From positions 56,246-75,156 of the forward strand of contig CAZJUB010000007.1 in assembly GCA_964549075.1 (NCBI GenBank): DNA of 18,911 nucleotides. The letters are read 5' to 3'. Positions within the stretch are counted from its first letter, which is position 1, and every line of letters starts with the position of its first letter. The notes beneath the pieces are model-generated. The model made no database searches, was not told where the DNA came from, and worked only from the letters and a program-made list of their open reading frames with translations. The DNA is from an uncultured archaeon. Its GTDB lineage: Archaea; Asgardarchaeota; Heimdallarchaeia; Heimdallarchaeales; Heimdallarchaeaceae. Positions 8,117 through 15,371 of this stretch are shown piece after piece. A program made the position numbers and the translations under genes.

Positions 8117-9034
8117 ATGTATCTAATATCAATGTCTAATCTCATTCAACCTTTATATCCGTGGAGTAAACCAGAATCGTCTATTAAAAACCGAAATCAG
8201 GGATTAGGAAGTATAATTTCTTTGAATTTCATTTTTTTATATTTTTTATTATTCATCTATGTATCTTCAGGAAAGATATATCCTGCTTTAAGACTTGCAG
8301 ACATAAATTTACTCGGACATCTAAGTGCTCTTGTAATTGGTTTGAGATATTTGGTTTTTAATTGGTGGCTGAGTATAGTTCTTTTTTTCGCTTCTTTAGC
8401 AATAACAATTACCTTTACTTCTTTAATAACTAAGACAAAACCATCTTTATTCAAAACTTATATTGAATATATAAAACTTGACACTAAAAATCTGAAAAAA
8501 AACGAGGTAGTTAAACAAATTTTTATTGACCTTTTAGAAATTGCTGGATTTTCAATTATTAGTTTTTTATTCCTTGAATTAATTACATTTGCTATCTCTT
8601 CTCTTGCAACTGCTATCATTCTTCCAGCTATTGTAAATATCACTGAAGTCTCATTAAGTTATGTCTTTCTTACGATATTGATATCCCACATACTATTTTT
8701 TCCTCTGTTAATTTTCTTTTATAATAGAATGATAATGAAAAAATTAGTAAAAACGGATAAGATTAATCTGAAAAGGTTCCTTACTGAAGATGGAGAGATT
8801 GATATGGATAAATGGAAAAATGAAACTTGGGGAAAAAAACCTTATACATTTGATTGGGAGGAGGAGGTTTTTCCAATTACATGCTTTTCATGTGGTTCTA
8901 TCATATCCAGTGATTTAACAGTATGCCCTATTTGTGATGCTGATTTAATTAAAGAGATAGAAATTATCGAAGATGAGACAACAGATGATTCTGGAAGAGA
9001 AAATTCTGAAGAAAGCGAAAATAATAGTGATTAA
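8117..9034 (+). CDS. Multi-pass membrane protein with C-terminal zinc ribbon and acidic tail
   Basis: About 4-5 hydrophobic segments; CFSC-x10-CPIC; C-terminal EDETTDDSGRENSEESENNSD. Confidence 0.8.
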   Translation: MYLISMSNLIQPLYPWSKPESSIKNRNQGLGSIISLNFIFLYFLLFIYVSSGKIYPALRLADINLLGHLSALVIGLRYLVFNWWLSIVLFFASLAITITFTSLITKTKPSLFKTYIEYIKLDTKNLKKNEVVKQIFIDLLEIAGFSIISFLFLELITFAISSLATAIILPAIVNITEVSLSYVFLTILISHILFFPLLIFFYNRMIMKKLVKTDKINLKRFLTEDGEIDMDKWKNETWGKKPYTFDWEEEVFPITCFSCGSIISSDLTVCPICDADLIKEIEIIEDETTDDSGRENSEESENNSD

Positions 9035-9071
9035 GACGAGTAAAAATAACTTAAGTAATTAATATTTTTCT

Positions 9072-9353
9072 TTAAGTTGCTGCTGAGAAGATAAAAAAAG
9101 CAATCATTCCTAATATAAGTATTAACATGAAACCAGTAATTAATCCATTACGAATACGTGTAGTTTTTAAGCAACTCTTACATAAAAATAATTCTTGCTC
9201 TTCTCTTTTTTGAGGTTGGAACATTGCTGAAATAGCATTAGTGTGCCAATAAGTACTAGCGCAATCATCACAAATAGGATAACCACATCTATCACAATGT
9301 TTGGTTGCTATATGTCCTTTATGAATGTAACAATATTGTGTTGTAGTGGTCAT
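9072..9353 (-). CDS. Small B-box-like zinc-finger protein with C-terminal membrane anchor
   Basis: C-x2-H-x8-C-x2-C-x4-C-x2-C plus a later CKSC, then a basic stretch and the hydrophobic tail GLITGFMLILILGMIAFFIF. The ATG at 9353 is preferred over the GTG at 9362. Confidence 0.8.
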   Translation of the reverse strand: MTTTTQYCYIHKGHIATKHCDRCGYPICDDCASTYWHTNAISAMFQPQKREEQELFLCKSCLKTTRIRNGLITGFMLILILGMIAFFIFSAAT

Positions 9354-9458
9354 TTCAATCACATGTATTGCCTCAGCAAAAAGTCGATCATCAAGTATCA
9401 GGTCGTTGCAACTACATCATCGGCAATTCAAAATAAGTAATATAACTTTAAAGAATTG

Positions 9459-10352
9459 CTATTGAGAGGAAATTAATGAAACTATTCTATCAACCACTAA
9501 TTTTCTCACTATATTGGTAGTATTCTCTCCTTTTCTTGATTCAACAAGAGGTAATTTTCTAATTAATGTCTCATTTACTAAATGTTCTTGGATTTTCCTA
9601 ATATTATCAAAATTAGATAATAATTCTTCTTTTTCTTTCGTGTATTGTGAACTTAAATTTTCTCTGTGTAAATCAGGATCAGGCACACATATTGTGATAT
9701 AAATTACATTTGGTTTTGATAATAATGCTTCATCAAAAAACGCAGGTAGAAGATGCTCACCTTCAATAACAATAGAAACATTTTCCTTTTCAGCTCGGGA
9801 CAATACTGCGTCCACTCCTAAATTCACATATTTAGAATGGTTTTCAAAACCGAGTATAACTTCATCAAATCTGCTACTATAAATAGGTCTTAAGCTTTTA
9901 TAGGCTTGATATGACTTTGAATGGAGTTCTGGGACAATATCTTTAGAAAGAATTCTTCTCAATATATCTGCTACAACATCAGTTCCTATAACATGCTGAA
10001 TTCCAAGATCACCTGCTATTTTCCTTGATAAAGTACTTTTTCCAGCACCTATTGCCCCCGCTATCAATATCCAGATTGGGATTCTAGAATCTCTCCATTT
10101 TTCAATCTTCAAATATTGTTCTGCTAATTTTTCATTATAGGCTTTAGACAAATGTGTTGAGATAATTTCATCAATTTTCGATTTTGGAACAACTTCTTGA
10201 TTTAAATTTAGTATATCATTATAAACATCTATAAGAAACTCATAGCCTTCTGTGAAGGAGATACCAAATAAAGTTAATTTATTAGCAAGAATACCTCTAG
10301 ATATCAATTGTTTGGCCCTTCCTTGTATGAAAACATGAGGTTCTTTGTCCAT
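9459..10352 (-). CDS. 2-phosphoglycerate kinase-like P-loop kinase, paralog A
   Basis: ATP-cone-like SRGILANKL; Walker A GAIGAGKST; IGTD; PELHSKSYQAY; IVIEGEHL; NFDNIRKIQEHL. Confidence 0.85.
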   Translation of the reverse strand: MDKEPHVFIQGRAKQLISRGILANKLTLFGISFTEGYEFLIDVYNDILNLNQEVVPKSKIDEIISTHLSKAYNEKLAEQYLKIEKWRDSRIPIWILIAGAIGAGKSTLSRKIAGDLGIQHVIGTDVVADILRRILSKDIVPELHSKSYQAYKSLRPIYSSRFDEVILGFENHSKYVNLGVDAVLSRAEKENVSIVIEGEHLLPAFFDEALLSKPNVIYITICVPDPDLHRENLSSQYTKEKEELLSNFDNIRKIQEHLVNETLIRKLPLVESRKGENTTNIVRKLVVDRIVSLISSQ

Positions 10353-10376
10353 TTAAGTATCACAAGCTAAATTTCG

Positions 10377-10414
10377 CTATATAGGTTTTGCATCATGGAG
10401 TAAAAAAGTTATCT
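10377..10414. promoter_or_regulatory. Back-to-back BRE/TATA-like elements of the divergent kinase pair
   Basis: Minus strand AAAACCTATATAG (10377-10389) and plus strand AAAAAAGTTATCT (10402-10414), each about 25-40 nt upstream of its ATG. Confidence 0.4.
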
Positions 10415-10444
10415 TTTTAGATATGTAACAAATACATATAAATA

Positions 10445-11368
10445 ATGAGTAATTACCGCTCTGAAAAATATCTTCGTATAAAGTCCACTTCAGATAACTA
10501 TGAGTATTTCTCAAAAGGGATACTAGCTGAATCACTTTTTTCTATAGGTATGAGTTCTGATCAAGCTCAAGGTATTGCTAACCAAGTCGCAGATAAAGTA
10601 AGTACTTTAACCGAAACTCAAACAAAGAAGAAACTTGTTCAGATTATTACATCAGCTATTCAAGAAGTAGATAAAAGATTAGCAGAAAGATATGTAGTCT
10701 TTGAAGGAGATCACGAATACAAACCTATTATAATTCTTCTAGCTGGTGTTCCAGGAATTGGTAAAAGTACTTTAGCATCAGATCTATCAGATAGATTAGA
10801 AATTACAAATATTATAGGAACCGATATGATTAGAGAGATTCTAAGAAAAACAATATCTTCAAAATTGATACCTGAAATTCATAGCAGCAGTTATGAAGCC
10901 TATAAATATTTAAAACAAAATCTAAATCCTATATTGCGTCGTTCTATAGTTGGATATGAGGAACAGAGTAGACATATTGTCGTTGGCGTTGAAGCTGCAA
11001 TTCAATCTGCTTTATATTCAAGAGAAAATACAATAATAGAAGGAGTTCATTTAGCTCCAAATATTCTCAAACCAGAAATTTTGAACGAAAACCATGTGGT
11101 TATGATTTTACTTTGCCTTGAAGATGAATCAGAACATATTAAAAGAATAAAATCAAGAGGTTCTCAAATTGAAAAGAGATCTTCCGATAGATATATTGAA
11201 GCATTTCCTGAAATCAGAAACATTCAAACATATTTAGTAGAAGAAGCTTCCAAAGCAGGAGTACCTATAATCGAAACTTCTGATAGTTCAAAAGCAATCA
11301 AGAAGATGATGGATATTATCTGGGACAAAATTTTACTTCTAGATCGAAAAAAAAGGTCAGAGAACTAG
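10445..11368 (+). CDS. pgk2: 2-phosphoglycerate kinase-like P-loop kinase, paralog B (closer to the canonical motifs)
   Basis: FSKGILAESL ATP-cone motif; PIIILLAGVPGIGKST; IGTDMIREILR; PEIHSSSYEAY; IIEGVHL; FPEIRNIQTYL. Confidence 0.8.
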   Translation: MSNYRSEKYLRIKSTSDNYEYFSKGILAESLFSIGMSSDQAQGIANQVADKVSTLTETQTKKKLVQIITSAIQEVDKRLAERYVVFEGDHEYKPIIILLAGVPGIGKSTLASDLSDRLEITNIIGTDMIREILRKTISSKLIPEIHSSSYEAYKYLKQNLNPILRRSIVGYEEQSRHIVVGVEAAIQSALYSRENTIIEGVHLAPNILKPEILNENHVVMILLCLEDESEHIKRIKSRGSQIEKRSSDRYIEAFPEIRNIQTYLVEEASKAGVPIIETSDSSKAIKKMMDIIWDKILLLDRKKRSEN

Positions 11369-13059
11369 TAAGTCTCTTTAACCTTGCAAACCAGAGAAGG
11401 TATCAAAGGTAATTCAATCTCAAAACCAACGATAGGAACCCATATTTGGTTTTCTTCTAACACTTCTGGAGCAATTTCGCCTATAATTCCACACTCTTTC
11501 TTGTTTACAATTATCTTTCCACATCGTCCTTCTATAAATGAAGGATGGTCCGATTTTTCGATTTTATAAGAAGTCTGTAATATTCTGAATAAGAAATCCA
11601 ACCATTTATGAGCATCTTCAAAACTTGCATCAGCATCTGCATGAAGAAATGCTGCATTAGTTTGTGTAATTACTGAATTCTCAGTTATTTTTGCTATTTC
11701 TCCAACCTCGAAGATTGTTTGTGGATAAGCTTCATGTGTATTTTTGGAGAGTACATTGATTAGGAGCGGGTAAATTTGATCTCGCAGAACACTATAGGTT
11801 TGACTCACTGGATTCTCAATTCTAATTAACTTTCTATCTTGCAAATTAACATTTTTAGTTAAAATTTCAGGATCTGTCAGAGTAAATGTTAAGAGTTCTG
11901 TTCCACCTGTACCTAATAAGATATCTCTAACTATGTTTTCACTTTCTGTTTCAGGGAGTAAGCTACCTGTAGTGAGGACTTTCCATTTTGTTGCCCCTAT
12001 CTTATTCAAATCCATTGCTATAGCAATTTCTTCTGCAACATCTACCCAGTGAAGAATGTCTTTTCTATATGGAGGAATTGCAACTCTTAACAAAGGTTTA
12101 TTTTGAGATACACAATTAAATCGCCTTTTTTCCACGAGTTCAGTTGCATCTTTCATAGATATTTCAGTTCCTAGATATTTATTGACAACATCTATATCGA
12201 TATCAAGTTCCTCAATATTCAGATTAGGATTAATATCATTTTCTTCTCTTATTTCTGGAGGATATTCAATCTCAACACTATAAATCTGGGAACCGTGGTC
12301 TACCATTGTTTGACATAGAATATTTAAAATTACATTTACAGTTTCATAATTTGTTCCTGTCACTTCTATTAAACATTCAGTTGTTTTTTCTGTAATTCTT
12401 CCTACATCATTACTATTTATAACTGGAGGTAAAGAAAGGGTTAGACCATCAGCTGACAAAAGTATTGGATAATGTCGGTAACCTTTTACGATATCACCAA
12501 ACTCTTGTCCTTTTTCATGTTTTTCAAGGATTTCTGGCAATGTCATTTTCTCTTCATAGCCTAAAGGTACAAATTCGTGAGATTCATCAATTACCTTATA
12601 TTGAATTGGACTTTTTATCATTGATAAATTGTACATACCAATAGAAGATCTCTTCCTTTTTCTTCCATATGATTGATCTATTTTTTCTGCTAATTGCATT
12701 AGCTGCTTAATATGATAATCAGTAAGATTGATGTTCTTAGCAACAGCACAAGCGATATAGGGTCGTGTAGAAGCTAATTTAGGATCGACAACTACTTTAT
12801 AATTACTAGATTTAACTTCATAAGTAGGAATTTTTTTCTCTTTTCCCAATATTCCTTTAATCTCTCTTGCCATACCTTCAGCACACCAAAGATCTGGACG
12901 ATTGCTAGTTTTGATATCCAGAACAAGCATGTCTTCTTCTTCAACATACTCAGCAATTTCTGACTTAGCAAAAGCTAATAGATAACCTAACTCTTCTATC
13001 GTGACCTTTTTCCCTAACATTTCTTGCATTTTTGTGAAACTTGTTTTTATGCTTACCAT
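11365..13059 (-). CDS. pheT: Phenylalanine--tRNA ligase beta subunit (archaeal type)
   Basis: SNRPDLWCAEG, RPYIACAV, GRKRKRSSIG, LPPVINS, PPYRKDILHWVDVAEE, IENPVS and FEVGE motifs. A GAGGTG RBS at 13068-13073 favours the ATG at 13059. Confidence 0.97.
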   Translation of the reverse strand: MVSIKTSFTKMQEMLGKKVTIEELGYLLAFAKSEIAEYVEEEDMLVLDIKTSNRPDLWCAEGMAREIKGILGKEKKIPTYEVKSSNYKVVVDPKLASTRPYIACAVAKNINLTDYHIKQLMQLAEKIDQSYGRKRKRSSIGMYNLSMIKSPIQYKVIDESHEFVPLGYEEKMTLPEILEKHEKGQEFGDIVKGYRHYPILLSADGLTLSLPPVINSNDVGRITEKTTECLIEVTGTNYETVNVILNILCQTMVDHGSQIYSVEIEYPPEIREENDINPNLNIEELDIDIDVVNKYLGTEISMKDATELVEKRRFNCVSQNKPLLRVAIPPYRKDILHWVDVAEEIAIAMDLNKIGATKWKVLTTGSLLPETESENIVRDILLGTGGTELLTFTLTDPEILTKNVNLQDRKLIRIENPVSQTYSVLRDQIYPLLINVLSKNTHEAYPQTIFEVGEIAKITENSVITQTNAAFLHADADASFEDAHKWLDFLFRILQTSYKIEKSDHPSFIEGRCGKIIVNKKECGIIGEIAPEVLEENQIWVPIVGFEIELPLIPSLVCKVKETY

Positions 13060-13071
13060 TTTCAATACACC

Positions 13072-14562
13072 TCAAGCTAATCCAGCTGAACGTAGCCATT
13101 CCAGTTTATGGCTAAATAATTCTCTAATATCTGTAATCCTATTCTTAACCATGTATAACCTATCTATTCCTAATCCCCAAGCAATTACAGGGGTTTCAAT
13201 ACCAAATGGTCTAGTTACTTCTGGACGGAATATTCCAGCACCTCCAAACTCGATAAAACCTAAATCTGGATCTCTGACGCTAAGTTCTACTGAAGGTTCG
13301 GTAAATGGATAATAATCGGGTTTAAACATGTAATCTTCTGTTTCAGCTACATCTGTTGCAAATGTTGAAAGAATCCCCAATAAATCCCTGAAAGTTATAG
13401 AAGGATCAGTAACTATCCCTTCAACTTGGTTGAACTCTGCTAGATGTGTTGCATCAACAGTATCAGGTCTGTAACATCTAGATATACTGAAGTATTTAGA
13501 TGGTATTGGAAGATTCACTAATGTTCTTGCACTCACAGAGGTTCCATGAGCACGTAGTACCAACCTAGCACTTTTCTCTGGAGACCACTGGTACCTCCAT
13601 CCTTTACTACCTGTATCATATCCGTCTTCATGTACTTTCTGAACCAAAGAAACATAATCTTCTTTAGGCAACCTTCCTTGAGCTGGATTTGCTACTCTAT
13701 AGACATCCGACCATTCTCTAGCTGAATGATCTTGTGCTTGAAATAATGCATCGAAATTCCAGAATTCAAGCTCCACCATTGGACCCCTCATTTCATGGAA
13801 TCCAAGCCCTATAAGTTTTCTTTTTACCCAATCAAGAAAATGTGCATAAGGTTGTTTTCTTCCACCGTAAAAAGCGGGTGGAGAGACTTTGAGATTGTAT
13901 TCTTTTAATTTGTAATCCTTCCAGGTACCATTTCGTATCATTGTAGGAGTTAATCTGCTAATTTCAGATGCTTGTTTAATTTTCGATTTGATATCTTCAT
14001 AAGGAACCAGCATTTCTAGAATTGTATCCTTTACTTCTACTAACTCAACTAGATTTCTTTCTAATAGAATTGGCTCGAATTCTTTTGAATCTACTTTTTC
14101 ATTCTTTGAAAGATTTTCTAACACCTTTTGTAAATCAGCATTTATTTCAACATCATTTTTAGTAAGAATTATTGTACCCTTGTCAATTGTAATCAAATCT
14201 TCTTTCTTTAGAAGTCCAATTCCAGCATTCATTTCTTTTTTATCACAACCAATTAAGTTTGCAAGATTAGCGAAATGAACATCTTTGTTCTTCTTCAGGA
14301 TCTCAACAATTCTTCTTTCTATAAGTTGTTTTTTTACTGCTTCTTTTCCTTCTTTTGTCAGCAATATACGATGACTAACTAATGACTGACGAGATATCAA
14401 CTTATTAGATACAAGAAAATCAAGATAATACTCTAATTTTCCTCTATCCAAAGCTGATGTTTTCTCAATTTCCTTAATTGAAATTTTCTTTACCTTATTA
14501 ATAGTCTTATAAATCTCAACAGCTTCAGTTGGTAATAATATATGCTTCTCTAGTTTACTCAT
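13072..14562 (-). CDS. pheS: Phenylalanine--tRNA ligase alpha subunit (archaeal type, N-terminal winged helices)
   Basis: FWNFDALFQAQDHSARE, YRPDTVDATHLAEFNQVEG, YYPFTEPS, GAGIFRPEV and AWGLGIDRL motifs. Confidence 0.98.
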   Translation of the reverse strand: MSKLEKHILLPTEAVEIYKTINKVKKISIKEIEKTSALDRGKLEYYLDFLVSNKLISRQSLVSHRILLTKEGKEAVKKQLIERRIVEILKKNKDVHFANLANLIGCDKKEMNAGIGLLKKEDLITIDKGTIILTKNDVEINADLQKVLENLSKNEKVDSKEFEPILLERNLVELVEVKDTILEMLVPYEDIKSKIKQASEISRLTPTMIRNGTWKDYKLKEYNLKVSPPAFYGGRKQPYAHFLDWVKRKLIGLGFHEMRGPMVELEFWNFDALFQAQDHSAREWSDVYRVANPAQGRLPKEDYVSLVQKVHEDGYDTGSKGWRYQWSPEKSARLVLRAHGTSVSARTLVNLPIPSKYFSISRCYRPDTVDATHLAEFNQVEGIVTDPSITFRDLLGILSTFATDVAETEDYMFKPDYYPFTEPSVELSVRDPDLGFIEFGGAGIFRPEVTRPFGIETPVIAWGLGIDRLYMVKNRITDIRELFSHKLEWLRSAGLA

Positions 14563-14739
14563 TGTTCTACATTCCTAACATAATAGTTTAAAAAAATAGT
14601 TACCACTAACTTATTGATTTTCAGGCATTTGGTTTTTAGTATCGAAATTCCAAGGTACGTTACGCCCCAGTAAATTAAATTATGGTGTTACTAGAAAGAA
14701 AAAAGAGTTATTTAAGAGTTTCGAGGTGAAACACACAGT

Positions 14740-15237
14740 TTAGAAATCAGATAAGTTATCACTGTATTCATATCCAGATTCTTCATCGAAATTATCAGAT
14801 TCTTCTTCTTCTTCGTCATCTTCAAAATCTTCATCTTCAATTTCCTCATGAAAAGCATCCAGAACCTCATTGGAATCCATTAATTGATCAAGGTCGTCTT
14901 CTGATTCAATTTCAATTTCTAAAATCCATCCTTCCCTATATGGACTTTCATTTAATAACTCAGGAGATTGTATTAATATATCATTAATTTCTGTTATTAT
15001 TCCACTTATTGGAGCATTTATCACAAGAGTGTCTTCTATTGAATCAATTGTTGCGATTTCTTCATCTTTTTCGACCAAAATTCCTGTTTCAGGTAGTGTA
15101 ATTGAGATAATATCGTCAAGAACATATTGTCCAAAATCTGTAATCCCAACTCTATAAATCCCTCTTTTTAAATCTTCTACCCAAACATAAGTAGAGTAGT
15201 ATAAACATTTATCTGGAAATTTAAATTGACGTTTCAT
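14740..15237 (-). CDS. Glycine-cleavage H-protein-like (GcvH fold) protein lacking the lipoyl-lysine, with a long acidic tail
   Basis: RVGITDFGQYVLDDI, APISGIITEIN and PELLNESPYREGWI are GcvH motifs. The lipoylation motif ESVK reads DSIE. Confidence 0.85.
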   Translation of the reverse strand: MKRQFKFPDKCLYYSTYVWVEDLKRGIYRVGITDFGQYVLDDIISITLPETGILVEKDEEIATIDSIEDTLVINAPISGIITEINDILIQSPELLNESPYREGWILEIEIESEDDLDQLMDSNEVLDAFHEEIEDEDFEDDEEEEESDNFDEESGYEYSDNLSDF

Positions 15238-15326
15238 TTCAATCTACTCAACCGTTCGTAAGGTATTTTTGAAGTTTTCCTTATTAATCTTTTTTTAAAA
15301 AAAACCTATAAACACATAAATTGTTG

Positions 15327-15359
15327 AAAAAACGGAAAAAATGGAAAAAATGGAAAAAT
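15327..15359 (-). terminator. Oligo-T tract array downstream of the large membrane-protein gene (putative archaeal terminator)
   Basis: The plus strand has ggaaaaaat-like units three times, giving repeated T5-T6 runs on the minus strand that begin about 13 nt after the TAA at 15372. Confidence 0.5.
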
Positions 15360-15371
15360 AGATGTGAGAGA

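Noticed and set aside
101-13312. Short alternative-frame or antisense ORFs (101-352, 1912-2100, 3425-3679, 5123-5443, 6353-6541, 8257-8454, 8458-8643, 9243-9440, 9514-9702, 11384-11569, 13001-13312)
   Set aside because: All lie within or largely overlap longer genes with clear motifs, and none shows a recognisable motif. They are treated as shadow ORFs.
14563-14739. 177-bp gap upstream of pheS as an ncRNA, tRNA or leader element; plus-strand GAGGTGA near 14723
   Set aside because: No cloverleaf or convincing stem was found by eye, and no start codon with an ORF follows the RBS-like motif. A TATA-like TTTTAAA at 14587-14593 (minus strand) is enough to explain a pheS promoter.
14740-15237. Calling this a functional gcvH
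   Set aside because: The lipoyl-lysine is absent, so the gene symbol is withheld.
15327-15359. ggaaaaaat x3 as a CRISPR or mobile-element repeat
   Set aside because: The 9-bp units have no spacers. They are better explained as oligo-T terminator tracts on the minus strand.
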